DNA of 64,000 nucleotides from positions 12,648,001 to 12,712,000 of the forward strand of contig OX597838.1 of the NCBI GenBank assembly GCA_951406725.2. Reading direction: 5' to 3'. Made by a program: the position numbers and the translations under genes. Position 1 is the first letter of the stretch; each line of letters begins with the position of its first letter. The notes beneath the pieces are model-generated. The model was not told where the DNA came from and made no database searches. It saw nothing but the letters and a program-made list of their open reading frames with translations. Source of the DNA: Octopus vulgaris. Lineage: Eukaryota. Positions 23,221-36,110 of the stretch are shown piece after piece.

Positions 23221-24161
23221 CTCTTAATTCTTCTCTTCTCTTTTTCTCAATTCTGAGTTCAAATTCCACTGGACTTTGCCTCCCATCCTTTCAGGGTCCA
23301 TAAATAAAGTACCCCGTTTGTTTGTCCCCTCTGTGTTTAGCCCCTTGTGGGTAGTAAAGAAATATATTACTTGTGGTCCTAATTTTTCTTATCATAATCA
23401 TTTAATTCTTGGGATTTTATTAGAGTAACCAACAGTTCCTGCAGGAGAATCACTGCAATACAATTGCTGCAGCTGCCAGCCATTCATTCTTCAATTGTCC
23501 TTTAGCAAGAGCTTTAGTTACCTTTCTACTTTTTTCTTTGTTTCAGTAACTGGACTGTGGCCATGCTGGGGTTACCACCATGGAAAATTTTAGTGGAATG
23601 AATTAACCCCAGTACTTTTTTTTATGTCTTTAAATGGTAAATAAGTACCAGTTACGCACTGGGGTCGATATAACCGACTTAATCAGTCTGTCTGTCCTTG
23701 TTTGTCTCCTCTGTGTTTAGCCCCTTGTGGATAGTAAAGAAATAGGTACTTATTCTATCAGTTCCTTTTGCAAACAAATAAGATATGGGGATATGGGCAC
23801 GGGTGTGGTTGTGTGGTAGGGAGCTTGCTTCCTACCCATATGGTTCTGGGTTCAGTCCCACTGTGCGGTACCTTCAGCAAGTGTCTTCTACTACAGCCTC
23901 AGACCAATCAAATCTTGAGTGGATTTGGTAGACAAACTGAAAGAATCTTGTCATATACATATTGGTATGTCTGTCTGTCCCCACTCCCAATCACCACTTG
24001 GCAACTGGTGTTGGTGTGTTTATATTCCCCATAACTTAGCAAAAGAGATTGATAGAATAAGTACTAGGCTTAAAAAAATATGTCCTGGTGTCAATTTGTT
24101 CGACTAAAACCACTTGAGGCAGTGCTTCAATCAAATGACTGAAACAAATAAAATTTTTTAA

Positions 24162-24466
24162 GCCTCAGGCCGACCAATGCCTTGTGAGTGGATTTGGTAG
24201 ACGGAAACTGAAAGAAGCCTGTTGTATATATGTATATATATGTATGTGTGTGTGTGTATATGTTTGTGTGTCTGTGTTTGTCCCCCTAGCATTGCTTGAC
24301 AACCAATGCTGGTGTGTTTACATCCCCGTCACTTAGCGGTTCGGCAAAAAAGACCGATAGAATAAGTACTGGGCTTACAAAGAATAAGTCCCAGGGTCGA
24401 TTTGCTCGACTAAAGGCAGTGCTCCAGCATGGCCGCAGTCAAATAACTGAAACAAGTAAAAGAGTA
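24162..24466 (+). mobile_element. SINE family A, 5'-truncated
   Basis: A body and tail. Confidence 0.88.
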
Positions 24467-25102
24467 AATTAATACTGGTTGTCAAGCAGTGGTGGGGTAA
24501 AAACACATACACAAGCTTTTCATCTACCAAATTCATTCACAGTACATCAAATTGGTTGGCCTGGGGCTATAGTAGAAGACTCTTGCCTAAGGTGCCATGC
24601 AGTAGAAATGAATTCAGCTCAGTTTGTATTGCAGTATGAGGGACAGCTGTTGACAGATTAGTATCAAAAAAAGGTTAAAAGCTACTATTCATACCAATCA
24701 GACGGGCTACTGATATTCCTGAATTTTCACCAGAACGGCTCAGATTGAATGTAGAGATATAAATCCTGTCTTTTCCTGTATCTGGAACTGCATTGTCCAA
24801 GGTGTCCTTCTCTTAAGATGGTAAGATGTGCTTTGTGGGAGATTTGATTGTTTCTAGCAGGTCAAGTGACCACATAGATGACTCCTTCGATCATTCATGA
24901 ACAAATGGTGTCTTCCATCGTTTACCCCCACCCCAACAAGAATTGAGTTACCTTTCTGCTTCGTAGGTAAATGTATATGTAGTGGTGGTGTGGGGTGGGG
25001 TCTTTTATGACTGTAGTGACCATTTTTTCCACTTTAAAATGACACTCTTCAGGGTTCAGTCCCACTGCTTCTCATGCTAGTATATTCTGCAATGTTTCAA
25101 AG

Positions 25103-25292
25103 GCCGGGCGATATGCGTAGCTGTATTTTGTCTGCCGTTACGTTCTGAGTTCAAATTCCGTCGAGGTCGACTTTGCCTTTCATCCTTTCGGGGTCGATCA
25201 ATAAAGTACCAGTTACGCACTGGGGCCGATGTAATCGACATAATCACTTTGTCTATCCTTGTTTGTCCCCTCTATGGGCAATAAAGAAATAT
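25103..25292 (+). mobile_element. SINE family B, 5'-truncated, with TSD
   Basis: TSD TATATTCTGCAATG at 25081 and 25293. Confidence 0.85.
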
Positions 25293-25887
25293 ATATTCTG
25301 CAATGATATCCGTTTGACTAATTAAAAGTGTTATGGATGGAAAATATTTGGGAGTTTGTTGTGTCTGTGTCTATCATGTGTGTATTTGTGGACACTGATG
25401 TAGAGCTGTGTTGATGTCTTGTATTTCTCTAAGGTAGTGGTGTGGGGTATTCCCTAGGACTTAGGTAAACTTTTGAAGAAAAGAAATGAGAACCATACAA
25501 CAAATTAAGGTTCATTAAAATCAATAAAATCCTTCAGAAGACTGAGACCAATAACAATAAAATACAGTTACCTAAAATGATATTTATTTCTAAATTTAGT
25601 TCCCTAATCTGTTTTTTCTCTCTATCTTTTCTTTAATGAAGAATGTAATTGTCTTCAGATCCAAGAATTTTTTTTTTTTTTTTTTTTACAGGAATTTTGC
25701 AAAATTGCAGAGCTTAAAATTAGCCAAAGTTAATTTGTAAGTCTGCAGCAAAAAAATATAAAAAATAAATTTGAAAAAAAAAAAAAAAAAATTATTTTTT
25801 CATGCACCTTAGCTGCCTAATCTACATAACTAGCATGTCTGGAAATACATTCTGCTCCAGACATGGAATTTATCTGTCTGCAATTAG

Positions 25888-25923
<36 letters not shown>

Positions 25924-26237
25924 ATATTTGGATTAGCTGTTCTCTCTTATATTATATATTTTTCCCTAATATTATTTTCATTACATGCTTTTCGCCACAC
26001 AACCAAACACAGCTCTGTGTTTATGTACGTGCAGTGCAGTGTTTTGTTTTTCTGGTTTTCTCTTGTATTGGAAAGTGCTCTACAGAAGTTTGTTTGGGAG
26101 TGTGGAGGTTAAGAAGCTTGCTTTAGAAACCACGTGATCTCGTGTTCAGTCCCACTGTGTGGCACCTTGGGGCAAGTGTCTTCATCTGTAGCCTTGCGCT
26201 GACCTAACCATATGAATGAATTTGGTAGACAGAAACT

Positions 26238-26466
26238 GGCGAGCTGGCAGAAACGTTAGCAAGCCAGGCGAAATGCGTATCTGTATTTCGTCTGCCGTTA
26301 CGTTCTGAGTTCAAATTCCCGCCGAGGTCGACTTTGCCTTTCTTCCTTTCAGGGTCGATAAATTAAGTACCAGTTACGCACTGGGGTCGATATAATCGAC
26401 TTAATCCGTTTGTCTGTCCTTGTTTGTCCCCTCTATGTTTAGCCCCTTGTGGGCAGTAAAGAAATG
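26238..26466 (+). mobile_element. SINE family B nested in an old A-type SINE
   Basis: Full B unit; TSD AGAAACTG. Confidence 0.88.
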
Positions 26467-26653
26467 AGAAACTGTGAAGCTCCATCATATACAAGTTTGA
26501 GTATGTTTGCATTTGTGTCCCATCACCACTTGATGACTAGCTGTTGGTTTATTTACATCCCTCTTTTTTAGCAGTTCAACAAAAGAGACTGATGGAATAA
26601 GTACCAGACTTCATATAAGTACTGGGGTCAATTTGTTTAGCTAAATCCTTTAA

Positions 26654-26874
26654 CCCTTTAGTGTTCGCATTATTCTGCCAAAATTAATGCTTTTTTATCC
26701 ACATTGCCTTGAACTAATCATGCATTATCTTGTAGCTATGAGATTTTGATGAGGTAGCTGTTAATTTTTAAAATGATATTGTAGGGTTGGTGTGAGAGAC
26801 CAGATCTGGCCAGTTTGAACATAAAACAGGCAGAATACTTTTGGCCGGATATGGCCGGTTTAAATGCTAAAGTG
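26654..26874. mobile_element. piggyBac-type MITE E inserted at a TTAA of an old A-type SINE
   Basis: TTAA-CCCTTTAG...CTAAAGTG-TTAA; the SINE tail resumes afterwards. Confidence 0.85.
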
Positions 26875-27262
26875 TTAAGATGGTACCCCAGTATGGCCGC
26901 AGTCTGATAACTGAAATTAAGTAAAAGATAAAAGATATCTGTTTCAGTTGAAACATAACGAAAGCAACCATCAAGTTGGGAACACCAGTCTGCTTAATAT
27001 AAACAGTATACATTATGTAAATTCCTTATCTCAGAAGCATAGAATTGTAATACCTGGGCAATGCACAATTCTGTAAAATGTATTATATTTTAAAATGGAA
27101 GGCACATTTAAGGATGTACTCCTAGATATGATGTGTCAGAAGTGGGTGGAGGAGACAAAAGGATGAAATGGTCTTAACTTGAATTTCTTTGATTATAAGT
27201 CTGCTAGAATTGTGACTGCTCTGGCACTAAATCATAATTCTAGCAGACTGAAGGTCTTATAC

Positions 27263-27410
27263 CAGCCACAGGCAAACTGTGGCTCATGGGCCTTTCTGAA
27301 TGGCATGCCTAATGAAAAACTACCTTAGACCTTTTTTTTGTAATGGTGAGGCCCACTTGATGAGCCTTGTGTTGTGTGATACACTCTTCAGAAAAGGTTG
27401 CCCATGCCTG
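27263..27410. mobile_element. Old hAT/Charlie-like MITE
   Basis: CAG..GGCAAACT / AGGTTGCCCATGCCTG termini; TSD degraded. Confidence 0.5.
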
Positions 27411-27844
27411 GTGTAAATTATGGTAAATTTCAGCCAAGGAGAATATGAAAGCTAAATAGTTGAACTACTTAGCAAAACATGAAGAATTCAAGTGAAGCTA
27501 CTGACAGCTTGGTGGTGTATATTTTAACAGATGGTAAATGATTCAATGCCAACCACCATGTATGACACAGTTCCCACTTCCCTGTTCAATGTGTACATGG
27601 CTTTAGAGGAAAGGATATACAGCTAAAAAATATTTACTTTAACAATCCAGGCAAAATTTTGTTTTCTTTTTCTTTTTTTTTTTCTGGGTTTATTTGTAAT
27701 TTATGCAGAACAATCCAACCCACCCCCTGCCTCTGGCTATGGATAACTTAGTCCTTAAGTCTAAGCAAAAATAATAATAATAATAATAATCCCCTTCTAC
27801 TATATAAGGCCTGAAATTTTGGTGGGGAAATGGGCTAGTCTCTC

Positions 27845-28251
27845 TCTTTTTACTCTCTTTACTTGTTTCAGTCATTTTGACTGCGGCCATGCTGGAGCAC
27901 CGCCTTTAGTCGAGCAAATCGACCCCGGGACTTATTCTTTGCAAGCCCAGTACTTATTCTATCGGTCTCTTTTGCCGAACCGCTAAGTGACGGGGACGTA
28001 AACACACCAGTATCGGTTGTCAAGCAATGCTAGGGGGACAAACACAGCAGACACACAAACACACACATACATATATGTATATATACATATATACAACAGT
28101 CTTCTTTCAGTTTCCGTCTACCAAATCCACTCACAAGGCATTGGTCGGCCCGGTGCTATAGCAGAAGACACTTGCCCAAGATGCCATGCAGTGGGACTGA
28201 ACCTGGGACCATGTGGTTGGTTAGCAAGCTACTTACCACACAGCCACTCCT
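27845..28251 (-). mobile_element. SINE family A
   Basis: A consensus. Confidence 0.9.
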
Positions 28252-29208
28252 ATCGCCTGTTTACATCTGCTTCAGTGCTCAACTGATGTTTATTTTATTC
28301 ACTCTGAAAGGATGAAAAACAGTGAAATCGACCATGGCAGAATTTTAACTCAGAATGTAAAAATTGATGAAATAGCTCTAAGTATTTTGTCTGGTGTGCT
28401 GACAATTCTACCAGCACAAAGCCTGAAATTTTGCAGGGAATTGAGGCTAATTGATTACATCGACTCCTGTGCTTAACTGGAACTTATCTCATTGATCTCA
28501 AAATGGTGAAAAGCAAAGTTGACCTTGGGTAGAATTTGAACTCTGTGTGTGTGTGTGTGTGTACATATATGACAAGCTTCTTTCAGTTTTCTTCTAACCA
28601 AATCTGCTCACAAGGCATTAGTCAGCTTGAGTTTATAGTAGAAAATACTTGCCCAAGGTGACATATACTGGGATTGAACCCAAGGCCATATGAATCAATA
28701 AATCATTTTCTAGGCTTTGTGCCTTCTTCACAATTTTCAGATCAGACACAAACCAGGTATGTTTAATGCTTCAACATAATATAAAAATAAGTTTCCATCC
28801 GATCCCTGAAATTTGAATCATCTTCAACCCTTCTTGGTTATCAGGGAGCAAGTCAAATTAAGATGCAGTGAGATGGATCAAGTATTTTAGAAAATGTTGT
28901 TGTATAACCCCATTTCAGACATGTTCATCTCATCATTTTAGGAGTAAGAATACATAAAGTAAATGGGTTTTTTTTTTCCTTTTTTTTGAGAAATGATTAA
29001 GGCTGTGAAATGATTTAGCTTTTACTTGTTTTAATCATTGAACTGTGGCCATGCTGGGGCACCACTTTGAAGGGTTTAGTCAAATTGACCCCCAATACTC
29101 ATTTCAAGTCTAGTACTTATTCTATCAGTATCTTTTGCCGAACTACTAAATTATAAGGCTGTAAACAAACACCAATCATCCAGCAGTAGTGCAGGAATAT
29201 ATATATAT

Positions 29209-29423
29209 ACTCTTTACTCTTTTACTTGTTTCAGTCATTTGACTGTGGCCGTGCTGCACCGCCTTTAGTCGAGCAATCGACCCGGGACTTATTCTTTGTA
29301 AGCCCAGTACTTATTCTATCGGTCTCTTTTGCCGAACCGCTAAGTGACGGGACGTAAACACACCAGCATCGGTTGTCAAGCAATGCTAGGGGAACAAACA
29401 CAGACACACAAACACACACACGC

Positions 29424-29478
<55 letters not shown>

Positions 29479-29641
29479 ATATACGACAGGCTTCTTTCAG
29501 TTTCTACAAATCCACTCACAAGGCATTGGTCGGCCCGAGGCTATAGCAGAAGACACTTGCCCAAGATGCCATGCAGTGGGACTGAACCCAGAACCATGTG
29601 GTTGGTTAGCAAGCTTCTTACCACACAGCCACTCCTGCGCC

Positions 29642-29643
<2 letters not shown>
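29209..29643 (-). mobile_element. SINE family A
   Basis: A consensus with expanded internal (TA)n. Confidence 0.9.
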
Positions 29644-29694
<51 letters not shown>

Positions 29695-30269
29695 CAACAT
29701 ATGTAAAAAGCTAACTGTAAGCTTGTTCTCAGTGAAGCGTTTAAATAGCTTAGAAGACTATGGACTAAGAGAACTCAGTGTGATTGAGTGGAATTTAGCT
29801 GCTATTTCTAACATTTCGAGTGACATATAGGTAAATCTCTCATTGGCCCAGTCTCTGCTTTATGTTAGTACATAGAAGTGTGTACACTAAGAAGACCCTA
29901 CTTTGATAACATTGCTGCTTGTGTAAACTTGTTCATTTGATGCACAACATCAACTAGAACCTCCTTGAGATAAAACTTGAGATTTCCCTCATCACGTGGA
30001 TTTAATCACAAACACTCTGATTAAAGGTCTAAATACTTTAATCACTCAAGTAATTCAAATATTCTAATCATCATTATATGTTTATTTTATTGTAGTGTTT
30101 TGATCATTTTGCTTTGTTCATTTTCTTAAAATAAAATCTGACATATCAGCATGTGTGTGTATGTAAGAGAGTGAGTCTGTGTGTGTGTGTACGCATGTCC
30201 TTGACTGTCTACTTCAGGGTTCATCTGTCTGTTTCAGTGACATCTTGTTTATTCCAATGTCCAGCAGTG

Positions 30270-30902
30270 TAAGTCTCCATCAATTTGTCTAGATACCTTT
30301 TGAGTTTCTGTTTGCCTGCCTGCCTGCCTCTTTAAGTCTCCAGTCTGCCAGTTTCTTTGAGCCTTCTCTCTGTCTGCCTGCTTGTCTGTTTGAGTCTCTG
30401 CTCTGTATGCCTGCCTGTCTGAGTTTCCGGTCTGCCCATCTACTTGTCTGTTATGGTCTCTGGTCTGTCTGTCTGCCCACCCAACTGCTTGGGTCTCTGG
30501 TCTGTTTGCTTGCCTGTTCAAGTCTGATCTGCCTGCTTGTCTGGTCTGGTTTCTGACCTCTCTACATGCCTGCTTGAGTCTCTGGTCTGTCTGTCCCTCT
30601 ACGTGTCTGAATCTTTGCACTGTCTGCCAGCTTGTCTGTTGCCTGCCTGCCTATTTAAGTCTTATTTGCCTGCTTGTTTGTTTGGATCTCTGATCTGTCC
30701 ACCTATCTGCTCAAGTTTGGTTTGCCTGTCTACCGAAGTTTCTGATCTGCTGGCCTGCCTGTTTGAGTCTCTGTTTGCCTGCCTGTCTGCTTACCTGTCT
30801 GTGTCTCTGGTCTACCTGCCTGTCTGTCTGTTTGAGCATCTAGTCTATCTGCTTGCATGACTACCCTTCAGCATGTCTAAGTATCTCTCTGTTTGCCTGC
30901 CT
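30270..30902. repeat. Degenerate CTG/TCTG-rich minisatellite
   Basis: Recurring ~24-28-bp units resembling TTTGAGTCTCTGGTCTGTCTGCCTGCCTG. Confidence 0.75.
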
Positions 30903-31103
30903 AAATATTGTTTATCTTAAAGCCTTGAAGGGGATAAGTTCAAAGGAATGTTGTGGAGTGGACTCACTATGAAGTCAAAGCTAGAAGTTTAAGAATCAAA
31001 TGTTTAATCCATATATTTTGTCAGATTTAGGGAAGAACAAATGAAAGGAGACAATAAAGGTTTTCTATTTATAGAAATGGGGTAAAGGGGATGTCAGAAC
31101 TCC

Positions 31104-31152
<49 letters not shown>

Positions 31153-31170
31153 TACATTTATATATATATA

Positions 31171-31362
31171 TACTCTTTACTCTTTTACTTGTTTCAGTCA
31201 TTTGACTGCGGTCATGCTGGAGCACCGCCTTTAGTTGAGCAAATTGACCCCGGGACTTATTCTTTGTAAGCCCAGTACTTATTCTATCGGTCTCTTTTTG
31301 CTGAACCGCTAAGTGACGGGGACGTAAACACACCAGCATCGGGGACAAACACAGGCACACAA

Positions 31363-31397
<35 letters not shown>

Positions 31398-31555
31398 CAT
31401 ATATACGACAGGCTTCTTTCAGTTTTCATCTACCAAATCCACTCAATGCTTTAGTCAGCCCGAGGCTATAGTAAAAGACACATGCAGTGGAACTGAACCC
31501 AGAACCATGTGGTTGGGAAGCAAGCTTCTCAAACACACAGCTATACCTGTGCCTA
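31171..31555 (-). mobile_element. SINE family A with internal deletions
   Basis: Young-type 3' half joined to a more diverged 5' half. Confidence 0.8.
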
Positions 31556-31801
31556 TGTGGTAAGACCAGTGGAATAGACTTTAGGAAATAAAAGTACTGA
31601 GATCAATTTGGTCAACTAAATCCTTCGAACTGGTGCCCCAGATTGGCCATTAATCCAATGACTGAAGCAAGTAAAAAAGTAAAAGACAATGAAAAGTGTA
31701 TGGAACAATGGATTTTGCCCCTCCTCGTCATGAAATGACGACTGATGCGCTTTTTATCTACGGACTTTTGGATAATCATTTGTTGATTGGAAATACTCTA
31801 T

Positions 31802-32210
31802 TACTCTTTACTCTTTTACTTGTTTCAGTCATTTGACTGTGGGCCATGCTGGAGCACCGCCTTTAGTCGAGCAACTCGACCCTGGGACTTATTCTTTTTG
31901 TAAGCCCAGTACTTATTCTATCGGTCTCTTTTTGCCGAACCGCTAAGTAACGGTGACATAAACACACCAGCATCGGTTGTCAAGCAATGCTAGGGGAACA
32001 AACACAGACGCACAAACACACACACATACATATATATATATATACATATATACGACAGGCTTCTTTCAGTTTCCGTCTACCAAATCCACTCACAAGGCAT
32101 TGGTCGGCTCGGGGCTATAGCAGAAGACGCTTGCCCAAGATGCCACGCAGTGGGACTGAACCCGGAACCATGTGGTTGGTTAGCAAGCTACTTACCACAC
32201 AGCCACCTCC
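31802..32210 (-). mobile_element. SINE family A
   Basis: A consensus. Confidence 0.9.
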
Positions 32211-33769
32211 TGGAATTTATATTATAAATGCTAAGAGCATGATGATTGGAGTTGCTTAAATAAGATTTTAGTGTTTGTAAAACTGAAAGATCTCTTCTCC
32301 CCCCTCTCTCTCTCTCTCACACACACACACACTCCCTGTCTCTCTCTCTTTTTCACTTTCATCCCCTTTCACTCTCCTCCTTTTCTCTCTCTCTTTTATG
32401 CTTAGTGAACAATTTAATCTGTTGCAGCCTGCTTGTTAATCCTTTAATCTGTGAGATTGGAATTTTTACATCTATAAAGATCATTCATGAGCAAATCTAA
32501 TCAGAGAGAAAGAGAAAGAGAGAGAGAGCGAGAGCTTATATAGACTGTTTAGACCTCCTTCAGGGTTTTAACTAATACACACACACACACATATGTATAT
32601 GTGTACTGAATATATACACATACACACACAAGTACTTATTGGGGGATGGTCTTAAGAATCAACTCCTGTTGTCTAGGGAGTGGTGGTGGTGGTGGTGGTG
32701 TTGGAGAAAGTCAATTTGACCTTTTTGTTATTGAGGCTGTGAAGGGTGATAAATGCTCTACATGTGTGTTAAATGCATTGTTGCTAGTTGGTCTCCTGTC
32801 TTTCCCTCACCTAGAGTCAGCCCTGACCCAATGATCAGACCTATACTCAAAACTGTTAACCACACCTGATTATATTGTCTTTTAATCAGGTGTCATATAT
32901 TTAGGCCTATGTCACCTGTTGTGCCCTTTTCATTTTTGACCAGGCCACCTGCCCTGGTTTTATGATACAAATGCCCTATTTTAAAGTGATCTAAATCAAA
33001 ATGCCCCCCATCACAAATTCATGTTAATTTATATTCCAAAATATCTGTTTAACAATCCTTTCTACTATAGGCACAAGGCTTGGAATGGGAGGTGGGGTAG
33101 TCAATTACATAGACACCAGTGCTCCATTGGTACTATTTTTTTTTGACCCCAAAAGGATGGAAGAGTTGACCTCAGCACCATCTGAACTCAAAACATAAGG
33201 CAGACAAAATGGTGTTAAAAATTTCATTCAGCTCGCTAATGATTCTGCCAGCTCACTGCTTTAAAATACCAGCTTAATAATGACTTACTTAATTAACTAA
33301 ATTCATTATTTTCAACATTTACTGAAACAGTATATTTCAACAAAAGAGTTAATACATTGATACATAGGGTCCTATTATATTAATGGCGGTGCCCCAGCAT
33401 GGCCACAGCTCGTGAGCTGAAACTAGATAAAATAAAATTAAAATAAATATTTGTGTTGTATTATCTTCTAAACATCATTTTAATTTACCAACATACATCT
33501 GTCTTTGAGAAAAAGATGTACTAGATAATTGCTTGTCCCAGATAGCCATGGCTAGACTGACTTTACTTATAGGTTTGTGTACCCGGAGCTGACCCATGGA
33601 TAAATCATGGCTATTAATATTTCTAGGAAGTTTTGTCCTTTGGAATCAAAGAGGTGACAAATCAATTTGATCTTCACTCTCCATCTCTAACCTTTATTAG
33701 ACCAATCCACTTGAGATTATTCTGGTTCTGATACAAATCTCCTGTTTTAAAGTGATCTCCCCCCCAAAA

Positions 33770-33960
33770 AAAGCACTCCTGATCCTTTGGGTGTACAGTG
33801 TGGACACAACCGATCATGTTTCCCTTGTAGATTACCTTGCCAACTTCATTATCGATTCGCACTCCCTGCTGCCGCCTTTGCCATTTTTTTGTTAGTCCAA
33901 ATGAAGTAGGATGGTACATCGGTATAAAGTAGAGTTTGCGCAAGGAATCTGAAGTAGAAA
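33770..33960 (-). pseudogene. Helitron Rep/helicase coding fragment
   Basis: AQTLLYTDVPSYFIWTNKK/WQRRQQG..MIGCVHTVHPKDQECFF (one frameshift) matches the Helitron motif A.TLLY.EVP.YYTW..KK..RRKQG..IGRVYTVHP...ECF. Confidence 0.75.
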
Positions 33961-33979
33961 ATCTTTCATCAAAATTTCA

Positions 33980-34309
33980 TACTCTTTTACTCTTTTCAGT
34001 TATTTTGACTGCGGCCATGCTGGAGCACCGCCTTTAGTTGAGCAAATCAACCCCGGGACTTATTCTTTGTAAGCCCAGTACTTATTCTATCGGTCTCTTT
34101 TGCCGAACCGCTAAGTGACGGGGACGTAAACACACCAGCATCGGTTGTCAAGCAATGCTAGGGGTACAAAGACAGACACCAAATCCACTCACAAGGCTTT
34201 GGTCGGCCCGAGGCTATAGTAGAAGACACTTGCCCAAGGTGCCACGCAGTGGGACTGAACCCGAAACCATGTGGTTGGTAAACAAGCTACTTACCACACA
34301 GCCACTCCT
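33980..34309 (-). mobile_element. SINE family A lacking the central microsatellite
   Basis: A consensus with an internal deletion. Confidence 0.88.
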
Positions 34310-34531
34310 AGAAAACTTATCAAAAGCATTTCCGTTCTAAACAGCCCCATCTTTTTTGGCTTACATTGTGTACTTTAGCCCTTTAGTGTTCGCATTATTC
34401 TGCCAAAATTAATCCTTTTTTATCCACATTGCCTTGAACTAATCAGGCATTATCTTGTAGCTATGAGATTTTGATGAGGTAGCTGTTAATCTTTAAAACG
34501 ATATTGTAGGGCTGGTGTGAGAGACCAGATC

Positions 34532-35223
34532 TGGCCAGTTTGAACATAAAACAAGTAGAATACTTCTGGCCGGTTATGGCCGGTTTAAATGCTAAAGGGT
34601 TAAAGACACTGGGGAAGGTTTTAGTTACTATTTCTAGCAAGTCTGTGTAATCACATGGAGGCTCATTTCTTAGTGTGTCATTGTGCATGGTAGCATGCTA
34701 TTTTGGCCAATTTGAACATAAAACGGGTGGAATACTTTTGGCCAGATATGGCCGGTTTAAATGCTAAAGGGTTAAAGACACTGGGGAAGGTTTTAGTTAC
34801 TATTTCTAGCGAGTCTGTGTAATCACATGGAGGCTCATTTCTTAGTGTGTCATTGTGCATGGTAGCATGCTATTTTGGCCAATTTGAACATAAAACGGGT
34901 GGAATACTTTTGGCCAGATATGGCCGGTTTAAATGCTAAAGGGTTAAAGACACTGGGGAAGGTTTTATAGTTGCTATTTCTAGCAAGTCTGTGTAATCAC
35001 ATGGAGGCTCATTTCTTAGTGTGTCGTTGTGCATGGTAGCATGCTATTTTGGCCAGTTTGAACATAAAATGGGTAGAATACTTTTGGCCGGATATGGCCA
35101 GTTTTAAATGCTAAAGGGTTAAAGACACTGGGGAAGGTTTTAGTTACTATTTCTAGCAAGTCTGTGTAATCACATGGAGGCTCATTTCTTAGTGTGTCGT
35201 TGTGCATGGTAGCATGCTATTTT
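34532..35223. repeat. Tandem array, 4 x ~172 bp (right end of MITE E plus flank)
   Basis: Units start at about 34532, 34704, 34876 and 35050; each carries GCTAAAGGG-TTAA; the parent MITE spans 34379-34599. Confidence 0.93.
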
Positions 35224-35689
35224 GTGGTGCGATGGGTGGTGGGATGCTGAGTGTGGTAGGTATGTTTGTGTGGCAAATATTGTGATGCACCATGAGGAAA
35301 CTGTGTCAGTTGCTCTCACTTCCCCCATAAGCAATTTCCATGACTACGTCTCATGGAAGGAGCTGGTGTGTACAACATAAACAGAGAGCAGAAATGGAAA
35401 TGTTGGGGAGCCAGCATGAACACGTACTCACTGTTGAATCTCAGATTACCAATAATTAAATATAACAAGACTAAATGCATTCTTACGACTAATTAGTATT
35501 GACAATAAAGAGGTAAGTTTCCTCTAAAAACAAAACCACAGTGAGACGGTAGCTTTTGCTTCATTTCCACTGTTTAATATCCTGGGGCAAAGACATCCAT
35601 ATATTATAGTATCACATTTACTTTTGCACTGTTTCTCTAAAAATTTCAAGGTCTCTGTTCCTCATCAAGCAATACCATTTTACAGAATG

Positions 35690-36110
35690 TACTCTAGCCT
35701 CTGGTCCTTATGCCACAGAACATTGGCAAACTTCTCCCTTCCTGCTTCTCCCATGGCTAAGTGTACCTGTCTTCTAGCTACATGATATAGTTCTCTGCTA
35801 CCACCACACATCACTCTTTGTCTGGTTAGGACTTTGCGCCAGCCACAGATTTGATTTGTGGATCTCAGTAAGTTATCTCATCAGAACTTCCAGTTATCTG
35901 TAACTCCTCCTCCTTGTTAAATGCTTCAGTTAGGACATCTCTCAATCTTTGATTATTCAGAGGATCCTTAAGCTTTCAGAGCATTCTTTTCCAGACTGGT
36001 TCTGCTTCTTGGAATCCTTTTGGCTTGTAACCTGAAATCGCAAATGACTAACCTTATCCTAAGGAATACATTCTTCTTGGGGGAAGGCTTTAGCAATTTT
36101 GAGCAACCGT
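35690..36110 (-). pseudogene. Decayed RTE-type LINE ORF2 fragment (endonuclease-RT linker)
   Basis: GGSRELYHVARRQVHLAMGEAGREKFANVLWHKDQRLE and LVICDFRLQAKRIPR resemble RTE ORF2 segments as I recall them; stops and frameshifts are present. Confidence 0.6.
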
